A program made the translations under genes and the position numbers. From assembly GCA_964347335.1 (NCBI GenBank), contig CAYFYO010000005.1:1703-65702 (forward strand): a stretch of DNA of 64,000 nt, given 5' to 3'. This stretch comes from an uncultured Thermodesulfobacteriota bacterium (lineage in GTDB: Bacteria > Desulfobacterota > BSN033 > WVXP01). Below the pieces are notes generated by a model. It worked only from the letters and a program-made list of their open reading frames with translations. It was not told the origin of the DNA and did not search any database. This document shows, piece after piece, positions 31,579-40,580 of this stretch (position 1 is its first letter; each line of letters starts with the position of its first letter).

Positions 31579-32052
31579 GTGGAGAAAAAAAACGAGCTGA
31601 TGAAAATCGGAGAGGTCGCCAGCAAGACAAATGCATCGCTGAGAACGATCCGGTACTATGAGGAGCTCAAACTGATCAACCCCGCCACCCGGAGTCAGGG
31701 AGGATTTCGGCTCTACGATAATGAAGCTATCCGAAGAATCCACCTCATTCAATCCCTTCAAGAACTCGAATTGAGTCTCAAGGAAATCAAGAAACTCGTG
31801 GCCTTACGAGGGAAGAAAAAAACCAAAGGCGAGGTGGCCAGACAACTCCTCTCTCGGCTGTCGGATCAGTTCGCCGAGGCTGAGAGAAGGGAGGCCATCT
31901 ACCACGAAATCGTTCAGGACTTCGATCTTGGAATAAAGATCTTGAGGGAATGCCAACATTGCACCAAGATGGCCGACGAGCCCCACTGCGGAGAGCATAA
32001 GGTGTTTCTTTCTGAGGACCTCTTACCGCTCATTATTCGCTCCCTCTTCTAA
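31579..32052 (+). CDS. MerR-family transcriptional regulator
   Basis: MKIGEVASKTNASLRTIRYYEELKLI..GFRLYD is the HTH. The C-terminus has a CQHC..HCGEH Cys/His cluster. The start may be GTG 31579 or the internal ATG. Confidence 0.8.
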   Translation: MEKKNELMKIGEVASKTNASLRTIRYYEELKLINPATRSQGGFRLYDNEAIRRIHLIQSLQELELSLKEIKKLVALRGKKKTKGEVARQLLSRLSDQFAEAERREAIYHEIVQDFDLGIKILRECQHCTKMADEPHCGEHKVFLSEDLLPLIIRSLF

Positions 32053-32331
32053 TCCGCTATTTCCGTAACTGTGGAAGGCCTTTTTCTGCGGTGAGATCCT
32101 GTTTTTCAATCCTTCAGAACGGGTCTCCCGGTGAAGGAGCCTCTTTTTCATCCTGGCAAGCCATTTTCTCAGGCGCTCATTGCCGATGGACAAAACGCCA
32201 AGGCCTGCGACGATCAGAAGAATCCCTTGCAAAATCGGAAGAAAAAGTCCAACGATGCCCAGGAGTATCAGAATGATCCCACCGACGGTGGTCAGGAGTT
32301 TCTTCGGCAGACCTGGATCACCCTTCGCCAA
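32023..32331 (-). CDS. Small two-TM membrane protein (PGPGW/YbaN-like)
   Basis: 102 aa with LLTTVGGIILILLGIVGLFLPILQGILLIVAGLGVLS. Weak family call. Confidence 0.4.
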   Translation of the reverse strand: MAKGDPGLPKKLLTTVGGIILILLGIVGLFLPILQGILLIVAGLGVLSIGNERLRKWLARMKKRLLHRETRSEGLKNRISPQKKAFHSYGNSGLEEGANNER

Positions 32332-32424
32332 GACTCGCCTCTTTCCTCCTCGCCTTCCGACCGAGCGAGAGGGTATCAGAATCTGTTCTCCGCTTCTCAG
32401 GATGCTGGTTCCTGAGGGGCCGCT

Positions 32425-33882
32425 TTAGCCTTTGATCACGCCGAGAGGCCGCAGTTTCACCACCATTTCGCTAATTCCGGCTCCATGAACAACCCGGACG
32501 ACATCATCCACGTCCTTATACGCTTCGGAAATCTCCTCGACAATCGTACTGCGGCCTGCCCCCCTGACATAGATGCCCTTGTCTTCGAGTTCTTTCGTAA
32601 TTTCACGGCCCCGTGCCACTTTCTTGGCCTGATGCCGACTCATCAGGCGCCCGGCGCCATGGCAGGTACTCCCAAAGGTCTCTTCATAGGCCTTCTGAGT
32701 CCCGACAAGAACATACGAGTATCTTCCCATGTCCCCGGGTATCAGAACCGGTTGCCCGATGCCACGGTAGTGCTCGGGAATGTCTGGATGGCCAGGGGGG
32801 AAGGCTCGAGTCGCCCCTTTTCGGTGAACACAGAGTTCGCGAGCTCTACCATCGATTGAGTGCGTTTCGATCTTTGCCATATTGTGGCAAACATCATACA
32901 CGAGATCTAATCGACAGCCTCGACCGAGGACCTTCTCGAAGGTCTCTCTCACCCAGTGAGTAATCATCTGACGGTTGGTAAAAGCGAAGTTTGCTGCCCC
33001 GGACATGGCGCCAAGGTATCTCTTGCCCTCCGGAGAGGCGACTGGGGCACAACAGAGCTGTCTGTCTGGCAGCTCGATGTCGTACTTCCTTGCTGCCTGA
33101 AGCATGAGCCGGATGTGATCGTCACACACCTGGTGGCCCAGGCCTCTCGACCCCGTATGAACGATGACGGTTATCTGATCCTGCTCCAAGCCAAGAATCC
33201 CGGCCTTCTCAGGAGAGAAAACCTCTTCGACATATCCGACTTCGACAAAGTGGTTCCCCGATCCAAGGGTTCCGAGTTGGGCCCTCCCACGGTCCATAGC
33301 TTTTTTGGAGATCTCGTCTGGATCTGCTCTCGGAATACACCCGCGTTCCTCGATGTACTCGAGATCCGTTGCCGTTCCAAACCCCCGTTCCACAGCCCAT
33401 CGGGCCCCCAGAACGAGTACCTTCCGCTCCTCGGCTTGACTCAGTTTGAGATCTTTGCGGCTCGACCCAACCCCCGATGGGATGTTGATAAAGAGCCGGT
33501 CAACGAGGCCCCTGATCCTTCCCTCCAGCTCTTTGCGCATCAGACCTGAGCGCATGAGTCGGACGCCTCAGTTGATATCGTAGCCGACTCCACCTGGAGA
33601 GACAATCCCCGTTTCTGTATTGAAAGCAGCCACGCCCCCGATTGGAAAGCCGTATCCCCAGTGTATATCGGGCATTGCCATTGAGGGCCCCACAATCCCC
33701 GGAAGCCAAGCCACATTAGCCACCTGGTTCAGGCTCTGATCTTTCCTTATGGAATCCATCATTTTTTCGTCAGCATAGACGACGCCGTGGGTCCGCATCC
33801 TTCCCTCCCGGGGGATACGCCATGTGTATTCAGTCGCCTTCTGAACCTTTATGTCAGCCATAGCAAAGGTCTCCTTTTCCAA
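32425..33882 (-). CDS. rtcB: RNA ligase RtcB, read through an in-frame TGA (33568-33570) as candidate selenocysteine
   Basis: Two same-frame ORFs (104 aa and 376 aa) are separated only by the TGA: ..GGVGYDIN-[TGA]-GVRLMR.. RtcB has Cys at this position. Downstream motifs are [15 protein letters not shown] and STCHGAGR. The total of 485 codons matches RtcB length. Confidence 0.8.
33529..33558 (-). promoter_or_regulatory. Candidate bacterial SECIS hairpin
   Basis: mRNA CUCAUGCGCUCAGGUCUGAUGCGCAAAGAG starts 10 nt after the UGA. Pairs are GCGC/GCGC and UCA/UGA, with an unpaired U and a GGUC tetraloop. The apex CAGGUCUG matches the E. coli fdhF SECIS apex as I recall it. Confidence 0.65.
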
Positions 33883-33965
33883 TGGGCAACCGACCCTTGG
33901 AATTGTCTGCTTTGATTCACCGCCCGCTTCGCTCGAGGCACAGAGATCGCAGAGAACTTAATCTC

Positions 33966-34298
33966 TTTGATTTGCCGAGAGACGGCGGCAAATCAAAACT
34001 ATCACTCCGCCGGAATGGGACAAAACATATTCATCGCATTGGCCAGAAACACGGTAATCCTGTGACTCAGTGCTTCTATTCATAGACAAAGTGACGTATT
34101 CCTTCTGGAATGTTTCACTCCAGAGGCACCGAGGGTCTTTTCTTTTTGCCCATCGGGAGACGACGATGGGCAAAAAAACACTGCCCTCCAGAACGAGGAT
34201 AGGTGCAACACGGTTGACCGTGGCCTAACCAATGGTATACCCCTTGCCCGATAGGGCTGATGATTTTCGTTTGCCGTCCTCTACCGGCAAACGAAAAA
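33966..34298. repeat. Three related long hairpins in the archease-rtcB spacer
   Basis: 33968-33995 is TGATTTGCCG/8 nt/CGGCAAATCA. 34143-34176 is TTTTTGCCCATCG/8 nt/CGATGGGCAAAAA. 34265-34298 is TTTTCGTTTGCCG/8 nt/CGGCAAACGAAAA. All have T-run/stem/8-nt loop/A-run architecture, and the loops are pyrimidine-rich (CGTCTC / CCTCT) on one strand. Confidence 0.7.
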
Positions 34299-34587
34299 AG
34301 AACTTCATCTCCGGGTACTCTGTGTCTCTGTGGTAAACATAAATTTTGCCGTCAATCGTTAATGACAGGAAGAAAATTAAGTCACCATCAGGATGAAGCC
34401 ATGTACTCAGATACTCCCGAAGGGACCTTTTTTCCTTCTGCCCTCTGAGCAGAACGGAAAAGAGTCAAGAAACTCAGCGTCCTCCGTGTCTCGAACGCGT
34501 ATGGCGGGTGAGCGGTGAGTCCCCCCGAAAGCTGGACTGCCGATGAGATGCAAACAAGAGAATGTCCTCTGTGATATCTCTCCAGCA

Positions 34588-35004
34588 TCAAAGATCTAGG
34601 ACTACCCTGGCTCGCCATCGGCCTCGCTGCTGTTTCACCTCGAGCTGGTGGAAGGTCACGGCCTTAACCCCGGTGCGGATTATATGTTGTCCCTCATTGA
34701 AAAAATCGCCCCACGCCCTAGCCTTGAAATTTTTGTCTGTAAGGCTTTTCACCTGGAACCGTCGAAAGAGGAGTCCCTCAACATCATGGAAATAGAGAAG
34801 TTCGCCCAACCAATCCACCATCAGAGTAGCCAGGTCACTGTAGGTCAGGGCAATCTCCTTCTCGACCCGTTCGTCCACAACCGACGGATCGGTAATCACG
34901 TGGAAGAGCGCTCGACCAGCGTTCTCAAAGAGATCCTTGAGGTCCTGCCCAAAAACCTCCATGGCGAGATCACCCGTGTGGTCGAGAAACCTGAACCGCC
35001 TCAT
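34588..35004 (-). CDS. Archease (RtcB activator)
   Basis: MRRFRFLDHTGDLAMEVFG.. and C-terminal VKAVTFHQLEV are typical of archease. An alternative start lies at 35025. Confidence 0.8.
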   Translation of the reverse strand: MRRFRFLDHTGDLAMEVFGQDLKDLFENAGRALFHVITDPSVVDERVEKEIALTYSDLATLMVDWLGELLYFHDVEGLLFRRFQVKSLTDKNFKARAWGDFFNEGQHIIRTGVKAVTFHQLEVKQQRGRWRARVVLDL

Positions 35005-35464
35005 CCATCCTAACCCCTTACCCATTCATGATCGGCTCCACTCTCGAATCCCCCGAATCAACAGGGTTCTTCAATCAATGGTATTACAAAACTGAGCAAA
35101 AAGCCATTGCGTCGGTCCGTCCCCCAACGATCCCCTTCTGGACATCGTCCAGCCACTATGCTATGCAAAGAATGAGAATCCCACACAAGTGTTTTTCTGA
35201 CTGTGGTCAATCCGAACCTCTGTTGAAGCGCTCAACTCGCATTCTGGGTTGGAATACGCACTTACCACAGAGACACGGAACGCTTCGTGGGTTGAGGTTT
35301 GGGAACTGCTTTGCTGTGGGGTTGAGGGGGGGGATTGTTCCAACTCCGGCCTCGGCGCCCGCAGGACTACTCCTTCAACCTGAAGCTTAGGAACGGCATA
35401 TGCTCCAGGGTGAATTCACGCGACTGTGGGGACCAGGGAGATTTCCGTCAGAAAGGAGCTGGGA

Positions 35465-36118
35465 ATGTGGAAAGATAATCGCGAGAGAGCCTCGAAAATC
35501 CTTGAAATTCTCAAGGAAGAGTATCCCGATGCCAGGACGGCGCTGCGTTTTGGTAACCCCCTAGAGCTTCTGATAGCCACCGTTCTGTCGGCTCAGTGCA
35601 CCGACGAGCGGGTGAACAAGGTGACCGAAAGCCTCTTTCAAAAATATCAATCTGCCAGGGACTATGGGGAAGTCGAATTGAGTGAACTTGAAGAGGATAT
35701 CCGTCCGACCGGGTTTTTCAGAAACAAGGCCAAGGCGATCAAGGGTCTCTCCACTGAACTCGTGAAACGATTTGACGGAGAGATTCCTGCCAGGCTTGAG
35801 GATCTTGTCTCCCTGCCGGGAATCGGGAGAAAAACGGCTAATCTCATCCTTGGAGAGGCCTTTGGGATTCCGGGAATCGTCGTCGATACCCATGTCAAAA
35901 GACTGTCCAATCTCATCGGCCTGACCCAGAAGAGCGATCCCGAAAAGATTGAGTTCGATCTTATGGAGGTTGTGCCCAAAACGGAATGGACCCTCTTCTC
36001 CAATCTCTTGATTCTCCACGGAAGGGCCGTCTGCATCGCACGAAGGCCGAGGCACGACCAGTGCCGCATCGTCGACCTTTGCGATGAGGGGATTCGGTGG
36101 AAACAGAGGGGGGAATAA
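35465..36118 (+). CDS. nth: Endonuclease III
   Basis: The ATG at 35465 follows AAGGAG. HhH-GPD LPGIGRKTANLIL, catalytic VDTHV, and a C-terminal Fe-S loop. Confidence 0.88.
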   Translation: MWKDNRERASKILEILKEEYPDARTALRFGNPLELLIATVLSAQCTDERVNKVTESLFQKYQSARDYGEVELSELEEDIRPTGFFRNKAKAIKGLSTELVKRFDGEIPARLEDLVSLPGIGRKTANLILGEAFGIPGIVVDTHVKRLSNLIGLTQKSDPEKIEFDLMEVVPKTEWTLFSNLLILHGRAVCIARRPRHDQCRIVDLCDEGIRWKQRGE

Positions 36119-36387
36119 ACAGCGCACGGAAATTTGAGTTCTGCATCTAGCCAGAATCGACTGTCTACCCCCTCATTGAACACGATGGGTGGCCTCTTCC
36201 GCACTCTCATGGAAATCTCTGACCCCTACGAGGGCCTCGGGGGCGCTCGATTTGGATGTCCCGACCACGTGTGGTGAAATTTGGTTTCGTCCATACCTGG
36301 CAGGACCCAGGGAAAACATGCTAAGAATCACGAAGTCCTGTATGCTAAAGCCGAGACATAATCAAATCTAGAGAGGAAGGGGAAAAA

Positions 36388-36969
36388 ATGATTCGATTCA
36401 ATGGGATCAACCACTTAGCCATGGCAACCGGAGATATGGACAAAACAATCCGATTCTGGAGAGATCTCCTGGGCATGCGGCTGGTTGCTGGACTCGGAAC
36501 GCCGGGCTACAGACATTACTTTTTCCAGATTTCGGAGAGCGATCTGCTCGCGTTCTTTGAATGGCCGGGTGTGGAACCCGTTTCCCACAAGGATCATGGC
36601 CGACCGGTCAGCGGGCCCTTTGTCTTTGACCACGTCTCCTTTGGCGTGGAAACAGAGGAAGACCTCTGGAACCTCAAGGATAAGCTCTCCGCGGCCGGAT
36701 TCCACGTATCGGACGTGATCGATCACGGCTTCATCCATTCGATCTACACCTTCGATCCCAACGGTATGCCCATCGAGTTCAGCCATAATGTGGAGGGTAT
36801 CGATATCCGTCGAAACCCAAACATGGGAGACATCCAACCCTCCGACGCTGCCCGAGAAGGGCCGGAACCCCAACTCGATAGATGGCCTGCGGTCGAAGCG
36901 CCGACACCTCCCAATGAGCGGAAGGTCTATCCCGGCGCCGGAAGTGAGCTATTCCACGGAGTCAGATAG
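36388..36969 (+). CDS. VOC (glyoxalase/dioxygenase) family protein
   Basis: 193 aa. INHLAMATGDMDKTIRFWRDLLGM and FDHVSFGV are paired beta-alpha-beta-beta-beta module signatures. Confidence 0.7.
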   Translation: MIRFNGINHLAMATGDMDKTIRFWRDLLGMRLVAGLGTPGYRHYFFQISESDLLAFFEWPGVEPVSHKDHGRPVSGPFVFDHVSFGVETEEDLWNLKDKLSAAGFHVSDVIDHGFIHSIYTFDPNGMPIEFSHNVEGIDIRRNPNMGDIQPSDAAREGPEPQLDRWPAVEAPTPPNERKVYPGAGSELFHGVR

Positions 36970-37195
36970 TCTGCTTAACGAGAGCCTTTTCGAATTTTTC
37001 TCAGAATATTCGGTTCCTAGCCCTTCTCTGCCCCGAGAGTCGCGACCTCCGAAGCATTCTCTCCCTCTAAGCCGAGTCCCTCCGTCTTGTTGGCTTAGAA
37101 AAAAGAATTCGACCGGGCTTGACACAGGCAGCTTCTGCCGCTGGATAACCTCGTTTCGCCTAGAACGCCAGAAAACCTAAAAGCGTTTTTTCCTC

Positions 37196-37223
37196 TTGAC
37201 ATCCTCGTTTCATCGAGTATAAT
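37196..37223 (+). promoter_or_regulatory. Near-consensus sigma-70 promoter
   Basis: TTGACA (37196-37201), 16 nt spacer, TATAAT (37218-37223). The next plus-strand gene start is at 37686. Confidence 0.55.
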
Positions 37224-37685
37224 TCATAAAAATTTGCTAATATTTTCAATATGTTAAGTGAAATCATTTTCCCAAAAAGTGAAAACTTTTTCCACGTCTG
37301 ACCGGGGCGAAACCGCGACTTTGTCTCGGTGATTTCCGGACGAATCCTAGAGTTGGCCATGGTTATTTCTGGGATCGAAAGAACACGCTACCTTTCTTTT
37401 GAACGCTCTCTGGATCTGAGCTTTTCTTCAATCTCCTCACGTCCTGAGAAAAAATCCGACATGGACCTAAGGATATCTCTCTGAGATTCCTCGGCTGTCC
37501 TGAGTTGAGGAGGAAAGGATCGTTTTCGAATTGATTTGTAATACAAAATAATACAATACAAGGGAAACCACGGGTCTGTGAGGGGAGGGACGTCCCAAGG
37601 CTTCCGAGTTATTTCATCAGAACAGACAGCCGGGTTTTCAGCAGAAACAACCCGGCGATCTTATTAATAGACGAAGGAGTGAGGA

Positions 37686-38933
37686 ATGGGTAATCGGGTG
37701 TCAGAAGCTGCCGTGTTAGTGCGCAACGGGATCTCCCCCTTTGCCAACTCCCAATTCAATGAAGAGGAGTATGCCCAAAACCGAATCCGGGAGAAAAACA
37801 GGGATCTTCAATCCCTTTGTGATGGGATTTCAGATCCGCTCCTGATATTAGGTGAGGACTTCTCCATAAGGAAGATCAACCGTGCAGCAGTGAAGTATTA
37901 CGGAGCAGACGAGTCTGAGGAGCTTATTGGCGAGCGTTGTTATAAGGGATTGAGGAGAGAAAAAACCCCCTGTCAAGGGTGTCCGTTTCCTTCGACCCTT
38001 TTGGAGGGGTGTGGTGGGAAATTTGAGCGAAAAGGTTTAATGGATCCTGATAAATTCGAACAAGTATGCATATATCCAACCGAGATCGGATTCCTGATCT
38101 TGATAAGGGATATCACAAAAATTAAGCTCCTGGAAAGACAAATCATTCAGAGTCAGAAGCTCGCCTCTGTTGGCCTTCTGGTGTCTGGTGTTGTCCATGA
38201 GATCAAGAACCTCAACAACTGCATCACCTTTAACATCCCCATCCTGACGGAATATCTGAAGAAGCTCGTCCCCGTCATTGACGATTATGCGCTGAGTCAC
38301 CAGGATCTCGAACTGTTCGGTATGTCTTATCCTGAATTCCGTGAAGACGTTTTTCGGCTTCTGGGTAACCTCGAGCACGCTTCGGGTCAGATCAGCGCCA
38401 CCGTGTCCGGTCTGAGGGAATTTGCCAGAGGGAACCATAAGGGGGAACAGCGCTGGGTTGAACTGAAGCAGGTGATCGAGAGGGGCGTTGCCGTTTGCGG
38501 TTATCAGATAAAGAAGATGGTTAACTCTTTTGAAGTGGTTATTGCTGACGATCTTCCCCCGATCTTCAGCGATCGTCAGGCCTTGGAGCAGATCGTGGTC
38601 AACCTTCTGATCAATGCTGCTGAAGCTGCTGAAAAGAAAGACTCTTGGATTAGGCTCAGTATGAAGCGAGGTAAGAGCAGGCACGATACCGTGATTGTCG
38701 AGGTCAGTGACAACGGGTGTGGAATGGATGAGGAGACAAGGCGAAGGGTGTTCGAACCTTTCTTTACCACCAAACCCGCTGGCAAGGGCACTGGGCTCGG
38801 TCTCTTTGTGAGTCACAAACTGGTTGAAGAGTTGGGTGGACGCATGGAGTTGGAGAGTGAGCCCGGTAAAGGGAGCACCTTTCGGGTCATTCTGGACATT
38901 GTGAACTGCAGGCCGATGAAAAGCGATTCCTAA
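37686..38933 (+). CDS. PAS-domain sensor histidine kinase
   Basis: 415 aa. PAS with a Cys cluster (CYKG..CQGCPFP). H-box SGVVHEIKNLNN, N-box LLINAAEA, G-boxes DNGCGMD and GTGLGL. Confidence 0.88.
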   Translation: MGNRVSEAAVLVRNGISPFANSQFNEEEYAQNRIREKNRDLQSLCDGISDPLLILGEDFSIRKINRAAVKYYGADESEELIGERCYKGLRREKTPCQGCPFPSTLLEGCGGKFERKGLMDPDKFEQVCIYPTEIGFLILIRDITKIKLLERQIIQSQKLASVGLLVSGVVHEIKNLNNCITFNIPILTEYLKKLVPVIDDYALSHQDLELFGMSYPEFREDVFRLLGNLEHASGQISATVSGLREFARGNHKGEQRWVELKQVIERGVAVCGYQIKKMVNSFEVVIADDLPPIFSDRQALEQIVVNLLINAAEAAEKKDSWIRLSMKRGKSRHDTVIVEVSDNGCGMDEETRRRVFEPFFTTKPAGKGTGLGLFVSHKLVEELGGRMELESEPGKGSTFRVILDIVNCRPMKSDS

Positions 38934-38982
38934 TGGGTGGGCGCCTTAGCGAATCTATCAGTTCGGAATGGGGAGTAGCCAA

Positions 38983-40353
38983 ATGGATAACAGCATTCTC
39001 GTCGTCGACGACGAGCGGGATTTCCTCGATAGCCTCAGGAGGGGATTGATTTCCTCTGGTTTCAGAAATGTACGTCTGGAGAGTGACCCCAATAAAGCCG
39101 CTGCTCTACTAGAAAATGGGGAATTTTTCGACATCGCTCTGATAGATGTCAAAATGCCGGGCACGAACGGGGTGGAGCTGCTCGAAGTGATAAAAAACGC
39201 GAGTCCAAACACCGAGTGCCTGATGGTGACGGCCATAGACGAGGCCAGAGTCGCCGTTGAGTGCCTGAGAAATGGCGCTTATGATTACCTGGTCAAGCCG
39301 ATCTCCAGAGATGATCTGATTCTTGCCGTAAAGCGCACCCTCGAAAGGAAGCGGCGCCTGGATATCCCAGAGCTCGGGAAAAGGAAGTCTCCGCCGGGGC
39401 TGAAACACGCAGAGGTTTTCAGGCCAATCGTCACAGGGTCGGGGAGGATGTTCAGAATCTTAAAGGAGGCTGAGCTTCATGCCGCAAGCAACGTCCCTGT
39501 TTTGATCTCAGGCGAAAGCGGCACCGGCAAGGAGCTTTTGGCCAGGGCTATCCATTCGGCCAGTCCCAGGTCAAGGTTTCCTTTCACCCCAATCAATATG
39601 GCATCCCTCACAGGCAATCTATTTGAGTCTGAATTCTTCGGTCACACCAAAGGCGCTTTTACAGGAGCCGAAAGGGATCGAGTGGGTTATCTCGAACAGA
39701 CAAGTAAAGGCACCCTGTTCTTGGACGAAATCGGAACCTTACCGCTTGAACTTCAAGGTAAACTTCTCCGCGTGTTGCAGGAAGGAGAATATCTCAAGCT
39801 AGGAAGCAGCAAGCCCCAAAGGACCGACGTTCGCTTTATCGCGGCAACCAACGCCGACCTGGACCGATTGATAGATAAAGGGATGTTTCGCAAAGACCTT
39901 TACTATCGACTGAGGGGGGCATGGCTACACCTTCCCCCCCTCAGGGAAAGAAGAGAGGACATCCCTCTTCTGATAAACAGGATTCTGAAAGATCTGTGTG
40001 GGGTTTCCGGAATCAACAACATTGAAGACGATGCCGTGTCAACGCTCATAGACTATGATTATCCCGGAAATATCAGGGAACTCATTTCGATCCTCCAGGC
40101 GGCAGTAAATCTAGCCCATGGAAGGCCGATCACAACAAATTTTCTTCCCCGGTATGTACGGGGACGAAAACCCATTCAGCAAGGGAATTCGGGGGCAGGA
40201 TTTGGCCCGATCGTTCCCCTTGAGGAATTGGAGAAATCCCATATTCTCAGGGTTTATAAGCAGACGGGCAGAAACAAATCTCGAACTGCAAAACTCTTGG
40301 CTATCGGGCTGAACACCCTGCGAAGAAAATTGGCCGCTTACGGCGTACAATGA
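38983..40353 (+). CDS. Sigma-54-dependent response regulator (NtrC family bEBP)
   Basis: Receiver MDNSILVVDDERDF..DIALIDVKMPG. AAA+ GESGTGKE and the GAFTGA loop (KGAFTGA), ESEFFGH. C-terminal Fis-type HTH. An alternative ATG lies at 38968. Confidence 0.92.
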   Translation: MDNSILVVDDERDFLDSLRRGLISSGFRNVRLESDPNKAAALLENGEFFDIALIDVKMPGTNGVELLEVIKNASPNTECLMVTAIDEARVAVECLRNGAYDYLVKPISRDDLILAVKRTLERKRRLDIPELGKRKSPPGLKHAEVFRPIVTGSGRMFRILKEAELHAASNVPVLISGESGTGKELLARAIHSASPRSRFPFTPINMASLTGNLFESEFFGHTKGAFTGAERDRVGYLEQTSKGTLFLDEIGTLPLELQGKLLRVLQEGEYLKLGSSKPQRTDVRFIAATNADLDRLIDKGMFRKDLYYRLRGAWLHLPPLRERREDIPLLINRILKDLCGVSGINNIEDDAVSTLIDYDYPGNIRELISILQAAVNLAHGRPITTNFLPRYVRGRKPIQQGNSGAGFGPIVPLEELEKSHILRVYKQTGRNKSRTAKLLAIGLNTLRRKLAAYGVQ

Positions 40354-40364
40354 GTTGGTTCAAT

Positions 40365-40394
40365 GTGCCGAATTGGACCGTGCCAAAATGGCAC
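40365..40394 (+). promoter_or_regulatory. Tandem palindromic sites, candidate enhancer (UAS) for the bEBP
   Basis: GTGCCGAATTGGACC (40365-40379) is followed directly by the perfect 6-3-6 palindrome GTGCCAAAATGGCAC (40380-40394). They lie about 170 nt upstream of the -24/-12 element. Confidence 0.5.
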
Positions 40395-40564
40395 AACGAC
40401 GATAATGACCTGAAAAAGAAGCATTTAATCCCTTAACCGTTCCATATTGGCATGGTCGCCGGGCTGATCAGCGCCCCTTCAAAATAATCTCCCCGCTAGA
40501 CCCTCCGTCTTCAACATATTGAATTTACTGATTTTTCCAACCCATGTCCAAAACCACTCCTACC

Positions 40565-40580
40565 TGGCACGATAGGTGCT
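40565..40580 (+). promoter_or_regulatory. Candidate sigma-54 (-24/-12) promoter for the Tad locus
   Basis: TGGCACGATAGGTGCT compared with consensus TGGCAC-N5-TTGCW. Spacing is correct, with one mismatch in the -12 element. It lies about 160 nt upstream of the receiver gene at 40742. Confidence 0.6.

Noticed and set aside
32425-33882. RtcB split into two ORFs, which could be read as a pseudogene or nonsense mutation
   Set aside because: The single interruption falls exactly on the conserved Cys codon position and the frame is preserved. All catalytic motifs are intact, and a SECIS-like hairpin follows at the expected distance. Recoding is the better explanation, although sequencing error cannot be excluded from the sequence alone.
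33958-34618. 71-aa and 76-aa minus-strand ORFs inside the archease-rtcB spacer
   Set aside because: They have no Shine-Dalgarno and run through the palindromic hairpins, and one overlaps the archease 3' end. They are treated as non-coding.
35300-35315. TGGGAACTGCTTTGCT, a sigma-54-like GG-N10-GC element upstream of nth
   Set aside because: The -24 element is weak (TGGGAA), no enhancer-like palindromes are nearby, and nth is not an expected sigma-54 target. It is probably chance.
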